Virus record (IMG/VR): IMGVR_UViG_3300005713_000001
Location: 1 to 46,660 of that record
Length of the DNA stretch: 46,660 nucleotides
Reading direction: 5' to 3' (one strand)
Origin: a virus
Taxonomy: Duplodnaviria > Caudoviricetes
Shown piece after piece: positions 1 to 9,422 of the stretch; position 1 is the stretch's first letter, and every line of letters begins with the position of its first letter. The notes beneath the pieces were generated by a model that saw nothing but the letters and a program-made list of their open reading frames with translations, was not told the DNA's origin and did not search any database. A program made the translations under genes and the position numbers.

Positions 1-40
1 ACCGGACGCTCGAGTTCGCAATCGAGGATCCCGGCCTCGT
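1..40. repeat. Terminal overlap (circular assembly), copy 1
   Basis: Bases 1-40 are identical to 46621-46660, and the ORF starting at 46092 continues in frame across the join. Confidence 0.97.
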
Positions 41-701
41 GCAAGTCGGTGCCGTGATCGCTGAACAGCCGCTCGGCGAGCCCCAAACGATCCGAGAGTT
101 CGAGCTGCGTGTCGACGCTGATCACTTGCGCGTGATCGCATGGTGCGGCGGGTCGGAACGCGAGCGCGGGCGCCTCGCGGGCTTGCTGCGCGCCATCGCA
201 CGGCGCGCCACCGACGAGCGGCTACTCGGCAAGTACCGTTACCGCGTCGTGCTACAGCGCGACGACGGGCGCCTCGAACTGCAAGCCGTGCGACGCGACG
301 TCGGCATGCCCGACTTGCGGCTGATCTCGATCTGGCCCGGCGTCGCCGGCGCGGCGATCAAGCTGTCGCCGGGCACCGAGGTACTCGTCGAATTCGTCGA
401 GGGCGATGCGACGCAACCGATCGTGACGCATTTCGTGCACGCCGACGGGCCCGGGTTTATCCCGATCGAGCTCGCTTTCGCAGGTTCGAGCCAACGTGCG
501 GCGCGGCAAGGCGACCTCGTGCAGTCGGGGGGCGTCGGCACGGCCGTCGTGCTTGCGCCCGTGCCGCCGGCCGTAGGCGGCCCCGTGACGACGGGCGTGC
601 CGTACCTCGTGTCGTTCACCACCAACCCGGGCGACGTCGGGCCGCTCGCGAAACCCCTATTCGGCGCGATCTCGACGGGCTCGCCCAAGGTGAAGCTGTG
701 A
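1..701 (+). CDS. C-terminal part of baseplate hub/spike fusion protein (gp5-type OB fold); gene starts at 46092
   Basis: Motif PGTEVLVEFVEGDATQPIV matches the gp5/gpV OB-fold pattern; in frame with 46092-46660. Confidence 0.75.
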   Translation, partial: RTLEFAIEDPGLVQVGAVIAEQPLGEPQTIREFELRVDADHLRVIAWCGGSERERGRLAGLLRAIARRATDERLLGKYRYRVVLQRDDGRLELQAVRRDVGMPDLRLISIWPGVAGAAIKLSPGTEVLVEFVEGDATQPIVTHFVHADGPGFIPIELAFAGSSQRAARQGDLVQSGGVGTAVVLAPVPPAVGGPVTTGVPYLVSFTTNPGDVGPLAKPLFGAISTGSPKVKL

Positions 702-1195
702 TCACCAACCTCGGCGAGCTTTCGCTTGTTGCCGCCGTGCCCATGCTGGCGACGTTCAAGACTTCGCTCGACGCGGTAACGGCGATCTCCCTACCCGACT
801 TGCAATCGCAGCTCGACGGGCTCGGCAACGTGCTCGCCGCAATCACCGTCGCACCGCCCGAGCTCGACGACACCATCGCCGCCGCGCTCGCGACTGTGGC
901 GCAGCTGCAAGCGGCGATCAGCGGGCCCGTCGTGACGCTGCAAGCCGAGGCGATCCTCGCCAAGCTCGGCGACTTGTCGGTGTCGATCGGTACGCTCACC
1001 GCGGCCGCCGCGCTCGCGATCCCCGGCGGCACGGTGTCGGCATACGTGTTCGACGGCGCCTCGAGCGTGATCGGCGTCGAGCTGCAAGCGGCGATCAATG
1101 GCTCGATCCCGCCGGGCCACGCCAACGCGGTGATCCTCGTCGCAACCTCGCCGGCCGATTGGGCGGCGTTGCAATTGGTGTTGGCTACGTCATGA
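698..1195 (+). CDS. Hypothetical baseplate-region protein (Ala/Leu-rich, helical)
   Basis: GTG start overlapping the upstream TGA; VITNLGELSLVAAVP...; translationally coupled on both sides. Confidence 0.7.
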   Translation: MITNLGELSLVAAVPMLATFKTSLDAVTAISLPDLQSQLDGLGNVLAAITVAPPELDDTIAAALATVAQLQAAISGPVVTLQAEAILAKLGDLSVSIGTLTAAAALAIPGGTVSAYVFDGASSVIGVELQAAINGSIPPGHANAVILVATSPADWAALQLVLATS

Positions 1196-1671
1196 CGCTA
1201 CTCGACGAATACATCGCGGTTGGGATCGCTGGCCTCGAGCGCGTGATCGAGCCTCCGACGGGCCCGCTCGGGTACGGAATCGATCTCGATTGCATCGCCG
1301 ACGTGACAGAAGATTTCGACGAGATCGACCCGAACTCGCCGCGCGCGATCGTGCAAGGCGTGATTCGGATCTGGACTACGCCGCGCGGGGCGCTCGCCGA
1401 CGATCCGAACTACGGGATCGATCTCCGGTCGTATTGCAATCGTGGCATGTCGACCACCGATGCGCGCTCGCTTGCTGTCGGGCTCGCCGGCGAGGCCAAA
1501 AAAGACGATCGCGTTTCAGACATCACGGTCGAGCTCACGGCGAGCGCACGACAGCTCGACGTCAAGGCTCGGATCTGGCCCGCCGATCCCGCACTGCAAC
1601 CGTTTTCGTTTACGTTCGCCGTCACTGACGCGCAAGTGTTACTCGACACACTGACGATCCAAGGTGCGTAG
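1192..1671 (+). CDS. Baseplate wedge protein, gp25/Mu gp46-like
   Basis: TTPRGALADDPNYGIDL and DDRVSDITV motifs; directly precedes baseplate J. Confidence 0.8.
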   Translation: MTLLDEYIAVGIAGLERVIEPPTGPLGYGIDLDCIADVTEDFDEIDPNSPRAIVQGVIRIWTTPRGALADDPNYGIDLRSYCNRGMSTTDARSLAVGLAGEAKKDDRVSDITVELTASARQLDVKARIWPADPALQPFSFTFAVTDAQVLLDTLTIQGA

Positions 1672-1673
1672 CT

Positions 1674-2867
1674 ATGGCGACTTTCTCACTGTCAGATCTC
1701 GTCGTGCCGGTCACACGGCAACAGATCCAAGCCACGATCTACCAAGCCCTTGGCGTGCTCGGTGTGCGCACGACGAGTTGGAAGCCGGGCGCGGTGCCTC
1801 GCGCGATCATCGTTGCCGTGTCGGTGGTGCTCGCGGCGTTTTCCGCGCTGATCGCCGATATCGCGGCCGCGGGTTTCCTCGAGCTCACCTCGGGCAAGTG
1901 GCTTACGCTCGTTGCGCGTTACGTGTACGGCCTCGAGCGTGAGGTCGCGATCTTTGCGTCGGGCCTCGTGACGCTTTCGAACAGTGGCGGCGGCGACTAC
2001 ACGCTCGATCCGGGCGATCTCATCGTGCGCAACCCGGCGACCAATCGCACGTACCGCAATGCCGACGTGATCGAGCTCGGCCCGGGCGAAACGCTTACCG
2101 ACGTACCGATCCTCGCGACCGAGGTTGGCTCGGCGAGCACCTCGGGCCCGGGCGGCGTCGACGAGCTCGTGACGACGCTGCTCGGCGTCACCGTCACCAA
2201 CCCCGCGGCGATCGTCGGCCGCGACGAGGAAACCGATACGTCGCTCAAAACGCGGTGCTCGGAACGCCTCGGCGCACTTTCGCCAATGGGCCCTTGGGAC
2301 GCGTACACCTCGGCCGTGCGCAACGCGCGCCGGGCCGACGGGTCAAGTATCGGTGTCACGCGCGTACGCACGACAAAAGACGGCCTCGGCAACGTGACGG
2401 CGTACTGCGCAACGGCCTCGGGTGAGTTGGCCGGCGATCCCGAGGATCTCGACACCGACCTCGGCGTCGCCAACGACGCGATCCAACGTTGGGCGGCGCC
2501 GCTCGCGGTCACCGCGACGGCCGACACCGCGATCCCCGTACCGCAAACGATCGTCTATGAGGCGTGGATGTACAACACGAGCGGGCGAACGCTCGCCGAG
2601 ATCCAAGCTACGATTTTGGCCAAGCTCGTCGCGTACATCGCCGCGCAACCGATCGGCGGCAACAAGCCCTCGAGCGGCTCGTCGGGCAAGCTGTATCAGG
2701 ATGCGTTGCGCGCGGTGATCTCCGGATCTTTCCCGCAGATCTTTCACGTCGTCGTGACGTCGCCGGCGGCCGACGTCGAGCTCGACATAGACGAGGTGCC
2801 GACGCTTGCGGGCGTGACACCGACGGCGATCCACCAAGTACCGCCGGCGGAGGGCTACGGCGCATGA
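1674..2867 (+). CDS. Baseplate J / Mu gp47-like protein
   Basis: SGKWLTLVARYVYGLER, VTVTNPAAIVGRDEETDTSLKTR; size and synteny. Confidence 0.9.
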   Translation: MATFSLSDLVVPVTRQQIQATIYQALGVLGVRTTSWKPGAVPRAIIVAVSVVLAAFSALIADIAAAGFLELTSGKWLTLVARYVYGLEREVAIFASGLVTLSNSGGGDYTLDPGDLIVRNPATNRTYRNADVIELGPGETLTDVPILATEVGSASTSGPGGVDELVTTLLGVTVTNPAAIVGRDEETDTSLKTRCSERLGALSPMGPWDAYTSAVRNARRADGSSIGVTRVRTTKDGLGNVTAYCATASGELAGDPEDLDTDLGVANDAIQRWAAPLAVTATADTAIPVPQTIVYEAWMYNTSGRTLAEIQATILAKLVAYIAAQPIGGNKPSSGSSGKLYQDALRAVISGSFPQIFHVVVTSPAADVELDIDEVPTLAGVTPTAIHQVPPAEGYGA

Positions 2868-3577
2868 CCTCGGCGCTTGAGAAATACCGCGATGACGTGC
2901 GACGCGCCTCGCCGCCATGGCTGCAACGCGGCAACGCCGAAAAATATCTGTACGCGCTCGGGCTCATGCTCGACATTTTCGGTGACGCGTTGATCGCCGC
3001 GGTGCGGCACCGATTCCCGGGCGTGTATTCCAACGAATCGCTTGGCTTGATCGGCCGCGAGCGACGGATCAGTCGAGGCCGCCTCGAAACCGATGCGAGC
3101 TACGCGGCCCGCTTGCAACGTTGGCTCGAGGATCACCGTCGACGCGGCAACCCGTATGCCATGTTGTTGCAACTGTATTGGCACTATGCGCCGGTGACGT
3201 TCACGATCGATCTTGTGTATCGATCGGGCCGGCGCTTTCGGCTCAACTCCGACGCGATCGGCGCGGGCGTGCCTCCCGAGATCGCAATCGAGCGCGACAC
3301 CATCACTTGGGAACCCGACGACGAGCCCGAGCGTTGGGCCCGTTGGTGGCTCATGTTGCGTACGGATCAATGGGCTTTCACACCGCCCGACGACGACGAG
3401 CTCGCCGACATTCGGCTCGTACCACGCGAGTGGAATGCGGCGCACGCGCTCGGCTACATCGTGCTCATGCCAACCGACGGTGATTTGTGGGACTATCCGC
3501 CCGAGGTGCCTTGGGACACAACAGGTACATGGGACGGCACGGGAACGCCGGTGTTTCTAACAATCGACGACGAGTGA
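2864..3577 (+). CDS. Baseplate wedge / tail protein I-like (Mu gp48-like)
   Basis: Follows baseplate J with ATGA overlap; LGLIGRERRISRGRLETDASYAARL motif. Confidence 0.7.
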   Translation: MTSALEKYRDDVRRASPPWLQRGNAEKYLYALGLMLDIFGDALIAAVRHRFPGVYSNESLGLIGRERRISRGRLETDASYAARLQRWLEDHRRRGNPYAMLLQLYWHYAPVTFTIDLVYRSGRRFRLNSDAIGAGVPPEIAIERDTITWEPDDEPERWARWWLMLRTDQWAFTPPDDDELADIRLVPREWNAAHALGYIVLMPTDGDLWDYPPEVPWDTTGTWDGTGTPVFLTIDDE

Positions 3578-3580
3578 ACT

Positions 3581-4621
3581 ATGCCAGTCGATATCACCGA
3601 GTCTAGCAGCTGGAACAACGACACGATCGTCGGCCCGAATGGCTTAGATCCTCGCGGCGGGTCGTCGGCGCTCGTGCGTGCGTTTCTGCAAATCATCGCC
3701 GACCGCACACGGCACCTGTACGTGAAAGCAGCCAAGGTCGACGTCGCCAACACGTTCACGGAAGGCCAAACCGTCAACACGCCGAGCAACGAAACGCCGT
3801 TGTTGCGCACGACACAAACGGCCGAGGATGGTACCGCCGGCGCACTGTGGCAACTTGTGTTCGAGGCGCCGATCTTGCCCTCGGACGATCGCAAGGTGCG
3901 CATATACAGCGGCGCGTCACCCTCGGGCGGCGCCGAGGACGGTTACCTCGCGGTCACGGTCAACGCGTTGTACTCGAGCGACACCTCCGACAAGTGGTAC
4001 GCCGACGACGATTCGCAGGATGCGGCCGCGCTGATCCTCGGCTCAGCCATCACGGCGATCCACAGCAAGGCCGCGGGTGATCCGCACTGGAATTGGTTTG
4101 CGGGCGGCGGGCACTACGGTTCACTTGCGCTCGATACGCTGCTCGCAAGCAACGTGACCGTCGGCGCGGGCGGCGAGTTCAATTACACGGGCCGCTCGCA
4201 CGTCGATTGGATCGTGCCGCTCACCTCGAGCTCGGGCGAAACGTTCTTGCAAACCGACGGCTCGTATAAGGTCGGGACCGACGGCGCGGCATTCGCTTTG
4301 AGACTTCCGCCGGGTGCCGAGATCACGAGTGACGTACGTGTCGTCGTGTCGCAAGCGAGCACGTCACTGTGTTACGCCGAGCTCGCGAGGCGCAGCAAGG
4401 GCGACATCATTTTTTCGGCGCTACCTACACTGTCAACGATCGATGGGTCGAACGCGCCGAGCGCAACGGCGACCGTGCAAACGATCGTGATCACGGCGTC
4501 GGGGCATGTGATCGACGGGGATTACGAGTACCTCGTGATTTTCAAACGCGCGCACGCCGACGATCAGATCGGGCGTATCAGTCTCAACTGGAACGATCCG
4601 GGCCCTCGGCCCATGGGGTGA
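3581..4621 (+). CDS. Putative tail fibre protein
   Basis: Position after wedge genes; N-terminal LQIIADRTRHL baseplate-attachment-like motif and ANTFT; beta-rich. Confidence 0.65.
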   Translation: MPVDITESSSWNNDTIVGPNGLDPRGGSSALVRAFLQIIADRTRHLYVKAAKVDVANTFTEGQTVNTPSNETPLLRTTQTAEDGTAGALWQLVFEAPILPSDDRKVRIYSGASPSGGAEDGYLAVTVNALYSSDTSDKWYADDDSQDAAALILGSAITAIHSKAAGDPHWNWFAGGGHYGSLALDTLLASNVTVGAGGEFNYTGRSHVDWIVPLTSSSGETFLQTDGSYKVGTDGAAFALRLPPGAEITSDVRVVVSQASTSLCYAELARRSKGDIIFSALPTLSTIDGSNAPSATATVQTIVITASGHVIDGDYEYLVIFKRAHADDQIGRISLNWNDPGPRPMG

Positions 4622-4625
4622 CACC

Positions 4626-5030
4626 ATGTCGCTACTCGACCCGTTGTTTCAAACCCCAAGCGGCGATCCACTCGTCGTGTACCCGACGACGCTCACCGAG
4701 GATACGGTGATCGACGCGGGGTACCTGTACCGCGTGCAAGCATACGACGACGATCGGCTACTCGAGTTGCGTGATACGCCGGCGTCGGCCGTCGCCGGCA
4801 AGCGATTTGCGATCAAGATCGTTGGAGTGCCCGAGGGCTCGCCCGGACCGTTTCAGATCGACATGTTGGCAGAAGGCATGTTGATCGAAAACGATGCGGG
4901 CAACCCTCAAACCTATACAGTGCTCGACGTCGACGCGACGCGCGGCACCTATCGCGAGTACCTATGTTCGCCTGATGGTGTGTGGATGCTCGTTTCTCGA
5001 ATCGACGGCGAGCCATTCGGTGAAGGGTGA
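4626..5030 (+). CDS. Hypothetical tail-associated beta-sandwich protein
   Basis: 134 aa ORF with GGGGTG RBS in the tail region. Confidence 0.6.
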   Translation: MSLLDPLFQTPSGDPLVVYPTTLTEDTVIDAGYLYRVQAYDDDRLLELRDTPASAVAGKRFAIKIVGVPEGSPGPFQIDMLAEGMLIENDAGNPQTYTVLDVDATRGTYREYLCSPDGVWMLVSRIDGEPFGEG

Positions 5031-5161
5031 TGCTTGCGGCGACGTTCGAGTTGCGCGGGCTACGCCTCGAGCTCGCCAAGGATCGGACACTCACTGTCAT
5101 AGACGGGGCTACGCGACGCAGGATTTCACTTTCAGAGCTCTCACAACAAGGTGACACTGTC

Positions 5162-5590
5162 ATGGCTGACATTCTCAATGCACAGGGCAATCCGTACTTT
5201 GACAACGTCGACGTATCACGCCCGCAAGATGGGGACTGGTTTCGGTCCGAGTACAGCGTGATCTCGTTGTCGTGTGAGCTGACACTTGTCTCGGCGATCA
5301 GCGGCGATCTCGCGCTCGAGTTCACCGCTGATCCTGCCAAGCTAAAGACGATTTCACGCGTCGTGTTGCCCGACGGGTGTTTGCATACCAACGCGTCCGG
5401 CATCACGTTGCCCGTCGCCCGTACCTCGATCAACCTCGCCTCGGTCGCAAACGGGGCTACGTTCGCCGCGTCGTTTTCGAGGCCGGGGATCGGTTGGCTG
5501 CGTTGGCGTTGGCTTTCGCCAACCGGCGGCGGTGCCGGTCCAAAGCTGTTAGGTCACATGCAAGGCTCGCGTGCGGGTGCGACGCAATGA
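5162..5590 (+). CDS. Hypothetical virion-associated protein (alternative start 5027)
   Basis: ATG 5162 preceded by AAGGTG; coupled to the next gene by ATGA. Confidence 0.55.
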   Translation: MADILNAQGNPYFDNVDVSRPQDGDWFRSEYSVISLSCELTLVSAISGDLALEFTADPAKLKTISRVVLPDGCLHTNASGITLPVARTSINLASVANGATFAASFSRPGIGWLRWRWLSPTGGGAGPKLLGHMQGSRAGATQ

Positions 5591-6336
5591 TCTCGCCTGA
5601 GATGTCGCCGCGGGCGTCGCCGCAAGGGTCGCCGGATTTCGGCAACCCGGCGACGTTCGCGGGCATCTTCGGCCAGTCGAATCTAGCGTTTGACTTCGAC
5701 TGTCGGTATCGATCCGCCGCCGGGATTTGGGTTGATCGTGCTCGGCGTCTAAGCGTGGTGTCGCCCGGGACGCCGACCGCGTACGCGGCCGACGGTTTGC
5801 ACTTCGGCGGCATGCGCGTTCACCAATGTGCGGTCGCAGGCTCGGCCGGGCTTGCGGTCCTCACACCGGATCCGCCAATCTGGCCGGCGGGCTCGCGCCC
5901 TTACATCATGGGTGTGGCGCGGTTTCGCAGCTATCCGGTCGGCTTCAACATTTTGGTCAAGATCGCGAACTTACCTACGACGACTAACAGTCTGATCTTG
6001 ATTACGGGCAGTGGAACCCAACTGGTAGGTAGCTCGGAGTCATCTGGCAACGCGACCGCAACGTTTAGCGATACGACGGCGCCGCACATTTTCGAGCTAT
6101 ACGAGGATTCGAGCGGCGTATTGCGCTTTGAGATCGATGGTGTGCTCGTCGGCAGTGTCGGCACGGGATTGTCACTCACAACCGCGACCGGGCACCTATC
6201 GTTTGGTGGCAACCAGATCGCAAGCGCAAATATGAGTGACACGTCACACGCGGGTTGGTGGGGTTGCTACTCGGTGCCAGCCGACGAGCGGCGTGCGGCG
6301 GCTCGTGCGCTTGCGCATAGCGCGTTCAAATTCTAA
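5587..6336 (+). CDS. Putative lectin-like (ConA/LamG-type) receptor-binding protein
   Basis: PHIFELYEDSSGVLRFEIDGVLVG resembles the LamG pattern; lower-GC C-terminal half. Confidence 0.55.
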   Translation: MISPEMSPRASPQGSPDFGNPATFAGIFGQSNLAFDFDCRYRSAAGIWVDRARRLSVVSPGTPTAYAADGLHFGGMRVHQCAVAGSAGLAVLTPDPPIWPAGSRPYIMGVARFRSYPVGFNILVKIANLPTTTNSLILITGSGTQLVGSSESSGNATATFSDTTAPHIFELYEDSSGVLRFEIDGVLVGSVGTGLSLTTATGHLSFGGNQIASANMSDTSHAGWWGCYSVPADERRAAARALAHSAFKF

Positions 6337-6419
6337 CGGCGGCGCCACCACGTCTCCCAGTAGAACCACACGAGGAAAAGCACCACTGCGCCCGTCATGA
6401 AAATGTCGAGCCAATCCAT
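6333..6419 (-). CDS. 28-aa single-TM peptide MDWLDIFMTGAVVLFLVWFYWETWWRRR (not in the ORF track)
   Basis: Manual translation: hydrophobic core, Trp belt, basic C-terminus; fills the intergenic gap. Confidence 0.6.
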   Translation of the reverse strand: MDWLDIFMTGAVVLFLVWFYWETWWRRR

Positions 6420-6439
6420 ATTACGCTCGGGTGTAAGGC

Positions 6440-6616
6440 ATGTCCGATGACTCTCGTACGCCGGTTGTGGGGCCCCTTGCTGCGCAACGGGCCCTTACGC
6501 GCGAGCTCGCGACGACGCGCGAGGTTCTGCAGCGCGCAAACCACTTGTTGGCGATTCTCATTCTTGAGGTTGGTTTCGGCATTATCGCGGGCGCCGTGTA
6601 TTGGCTAACGCACTAG
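6440..6616 (+). CDS. 58-aa protein with C-terminal TM helix (not in the ORF track)
   Basis: MSDDSRTPVV...LLAILILEVGFGIIAGAVYWLTH; immediately upstream of the lysis cassette. Confidence 0.6.
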   Translation: MSDDSRTPVVGPLAAQRALTRELATTREVLQRANHLLAILILEVGFGIIAGAVYWLTH

Positions 6617-6631
6617 GCTAGGCTGATAGGC

Positions 6632-7096
6632 ATGGTCGAGGTGCGTAGCCTCCGAGTGCCGGCGAGCGTCGTGCAACGCGTGCTCGCGATTTGGCGATGG
6701 ATTGCACCAACGGTGCTCGCGGGCATGCTTACGGGGCTCGGTGTTGGCTTCAAGTGGTTCGAGTCGCGTACGTCACGCGCCGACGTTGCCAAGCTCGTTG
6801 CCGCGGCCACGCTCGAGGCACGGGCGGCGAAAGCCACGGCTTTCCACGCCGACGAGCTCGCCAAGGCGCACGCGGTCGAGCTGCGCGCGCTTTGGGCCAT
6901 CCTCGTCACGCAACATGCCGAGCTCGTTGTGTTGCGCGGATACAGCAAGATCGACGCGGCGACACGCGGCGAGTACATCGGCCAAGCGCGCGCGTTTTTT
7001 ACGCGCGAGCTCGAGGTGCAGCTACGGCAACGCCCGACCGATCCCGCCGAGGCCGCGCGCCTTGCCATGCTGGCACAATGGAGGCCCGAGCGGTGA
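6632..7096 (+). CDS. Membrane-anchored helical protein of the lysis cassette (holin accessory or i-spanin-like)
   Basis: N-terminal TM segment (WIAPTVLAGMLTGLGVGFKWF) followed by a helical region. Confidence 0.6.
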   Translation: MVEVRSLRVPASVVQRVLAIWRWIAPTVLAGMLTGLGVGFKWFESRTSRADVAKLVAAATLEARAAKATAFHADELAKAHAVELRALWAILVTQHAELVVLRGYSKIDAATRGEYIGQARAFFTRELEVQLRQRPTDPAEAARLAMLAQWRPER

Positions 7097-7356
7097 GCGC
7101 ACGATCCGAGATCCGCGCGGCCCTCGACCGCGTCGCCGCCGAGCTGCACCGCCGCTATCGGCTGCAAGTCGACGCGGCCTTGCTGCGCGTGTTGCGGGAT
7201 TACGGGCTTGAGTGCCACGCGACGGGCGTGCAGCATGCTCACACGAGGTCGACGATCCCCGCACCCGCCGGCGACGTGCACGACGAGTTGACGGGCCGCT
7301 ACCAGATCCCGCACCCGCACGCCGACGACGACGACGACGAGGTCAACAATGGATAA
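7093..7356 (+). CDS. Hypothetical protein
   Basis: GTGA-coupled start VSARSEIRAALD...; acidic tail. Confidence 0.55.
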   Translation: MSARSEIRAALDRVAAELHRRYRLQVDAALLRVLRDYGLECHATGVQHAHTRSTIPAPAGDVHDELTGRYQIPHPHADDDDDEVNNG

Positions 7357-7639
7357 CCGCACTGCCGTACTCGCCGTGCACGCCGTGTGCGTGATCGTGA
7401 TCGCGGGTTGCTTTGTGCTCGCGGGCACGGTGCTACGCGGGCAACCCTTGGCGGCCGCCGGCGTCGTGGGCGTCGGTGCGTGGCTTTGGGGCAAGCTCGG
7501 ATTCAAGCCCGCGCAAGTCGTGCTCGATCGTGTGCTCGTGAAGCAACTCGGCGTGACGCTCGACGAGGTGCAGCGGATCACGTCGCGGCCCGCGCCGCCC
7601 GCACCCGCGCCGACGGCACCGCCCGAGGTCACACCGTGA
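7349..7639 (+). CDS. Putative class II holin (two TM helices)
   Basis: Two hydrophobic segments; directly upstream of the endolysin; GAGG RBS. Confidence 0.7.
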   Translation: MDNRTAVLAVHAVCVIVIAGCFVLAGTVLRGQPLAAAGVVGVGAWLWGKLGFKPAQVVLDRVLVKQLGVTLDEVQRITSRPAPPAPAPTAPPEVTP

Positions 7640-8265
7640 AACCGCCGCCGCCGTTGCCAGCCGCCGAGCGCATGATCATTGCGGCCGCGTCGATCGAGCT
7701 CGCGACCGTGCCCGCGTCGCTCAAGAACTATTCGCGCACGGTGCGGCACCCGACCCTGATCGCGCTGCACGCTACCGACGGGCACGAGGGGCTCAACAAG
7801 GATCGCGACGTCGCGCGCATGTTTCAGGATCCGGCGTTGTCGCCGAAACGCTCGTGTCAATGGGTGTGCGATAGCAACTCGGCAACGTTGTGCGTCGGCG
7901 AGCAATTCACGGCGTGGCATTGCGGGCCGCGCGGCAACCGCCTCGCGATCGGCGTCGAGCTGTGCGGCCGCGCCAATCAAACGCGCGCGCAGTGGCTCGA
8001 CGAGCTCTCGCATCCCATGCTGTGCATTGCCGCGCGGCTCGTCGCCGATCGTTGTCACGTGTGGGGGATCCCGCCTCGACTCGTCGGCGTCGACGAGTTG
8101 CGAGCGACGTCCAAGCCGACGGGGATCACTACACACGCGCTGATTTCGGAGGCGTGGCGAGAATCGAATCACACCGATCCGGGCCCGCATTTTCCGCTCA
8201 CCGAGTTCATTACGGCCGTGGCCGAGGCCGTCGCGCTCATGGCGCCGCCGTTGCCCTCGATGTGA
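7636..8265 (+). CDS. Endolysin, N-acetylmuramoyl-L-alanine amidase (Amidase_2)
   Basis: IALHAT, AWHCG..GN..AIGVELCG, TTH, HTDPG Zn-amidase motifs. Confidence 0.92.
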   Translation: MKPPPPLPAAERMIIAAASIELATVPASLKNYSRTVRHPTLIALHATDGHEGLNKDRDVARMFQDPALSPKRSCQWVCDSNSATLCVGEQFTAWHCGPRGNRLAIGVELCGRANQTRAQWLDELSHPMLCIAARLVADRCHVWGIPPRLVGVDELRATSKPTGITTHALISEAWRESNHTDPGPHFPLTEFITAVAEAVALMAPPLPSM

Positions 8266-8989
8266 CTTTGGCACGTAGCCGCTCACGCATCGCCGCCCAA
8301 TGCCGGCACATCTCGAACGCAACCGCGGTGATCTCGAGGGGCGCGGGCGGTTGGCTATCAAAGTGCGCGTTGGGCTTGCCGTCGGTGCCCGAGGTGTCGA
8401 TCAAGCCTTGGGCGACGAGCTCGGGCTTGTCGCTCTCACCACCGCCGCCGCGCACGATGATGAATCGCGACGCGTCGGGCCGCACATCGAATGACACGCG
8501 GTAGCCGAGGATCTCGTGCCACTCGACAGTAGGCTCGTCGACGAGCGGGTCGTCGTCACGTAGCAAGCCGAACGCGGCCGCGATCATGAGCCCGTCACCT
8601 TGCTGCACGACGAGCTCGCCGGCGAGGTTGCCGCGGTTCCATACCTTGGCCACCTCGCCACCGCCGGCGAGCTGCGACACCTCGACGCGGCTCACCTCGA
8701 GCGTTGGGCGTAGATCCTCGCCGTGTAGCGTCGGTGGGATATACGCTTGCACGGCGCCGACGCGAGCACGCTGCACCGCAAACGCATGTGCGGCGTCGAG
8801 CACACGTAGGTATTCGCCCGGCGCGTCGCCCGACACGAGGCCCGTGATATCGATTGCCTCACGGTCACGCGTGTACACGAGCAACACCGCGCCAGTGTTG
8901 GCGGGCAAGGTTGCCTCGAACCGTTGGAATAGCTCACCGAGCGTACCCGACAACGCGGCGTCGAGTTCGGGTGCGCGGTCACTTGGCAT
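8237..8989 (-). CDS. Hypothetical protein
   Basis: 250 aa ORF with phage-like codon usage and GAGGTGG RBS; overlaps the endolysin 3' end by 29 bp. Confidence 0.7.
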   Translation of the reverse strand: MPSDRAPELDAALSGTLGELFQRFEATLPANTGAVLLVYTRDREAIDITGLVSGDAPGEYLRVLDAAHAFAVQRARVGAVQAYIPPTLHGEDLRPTLEVSRVEVSQLAGGGEVAKVWNRGNLAGELVVQQGDGLMIAAAFGLLRDDDPLVDEPTVEWHEILGYRVSFDVRPDASRFIIVRGGGGESDKPELVAQGLIDTSGTDGKPNAHFDSQPPAPLEITAVAFEMCRHWAAMRERLRAKVTSRATAAP

Positions 8990-9305
8990 GTGTCACCACC
9001 TCGCGCCCGATGCGTCCGAGCTCGGCGGCAAGGTCGTCCATCACCTCGCCGGCGGCGTCGTAACCCACCTCGCGCACGAGGCGTCGCAGTAACGCTAGTT
9101 TGCTTGCGGTGCCAACGAGCTTGTCCGTTATTGGCGACGTGGTGCTTTTGTTGCCATGGCGCATTGTGTATCGCGCGTAGCGGATAGTGTTCTTGGACAG
9201 CTTGATTCCCCGCTCGCGTGCGCGCGCAACGACCTCGGCGGTCGGCAAGTCAATCGGCAACGCACGAACAAAGTCGCTCTTGGTCCCGAGTGCTGACTTG
9301 GACAT
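8979..9305 (-). CDS. Small basic putative DNA-binding protein
   Basis: MSKSALGTKSDFVRALPIDLPTAEVVARARERGIKLSKNTIRYAR, HTH-like; GGGGTGG RBS. Confidence 0.65.
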   Translation of the reverse strand: MSKSALGTKSDFVRALPIDLPTAEVVARARERGIKLSKNTIRYARYTMRHGNKSTTSPITDKLVGTASKLALLRRLVREVGYDAAGEVMDDLAAELGRIGREVVTHAK

Positions 9306-9373
9306 GGTTCCACCCCTTGTAGGTTGAACGCGCAAGTAAGCGCAGCTGCAGCGGACAAGCAAGCGTGAACGTA

Positions 9374-9391
9374 TATCACGCGTGCGTGTCA
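9374..9391. promoter_or_regulatory. Putative repressor operator TATCAC-N6-GTGTCA
   Basis: Near-identical copies at 19008-19025 and 27462-27479. Confidence 0.65.
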
Positions 9392-9422
9392 AACCATGCG
9401 GCCAGGGGTAGGTGCCCAACGT

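Noticed and set aside
1-40. Biological direct terminal repeat
   Set aside because: It falls mid-gene and is better explained as assembler overlap of a circular contig
6613-8361. 582-aa minus-strand ORF and other long Arg/Ala-rich alternative-frame ORFs (e.g. 11132-12403, 40786-42033)
   Set aside because: Shadow ORFs of GC-rich coding sequence overlapping genes with clear motifs
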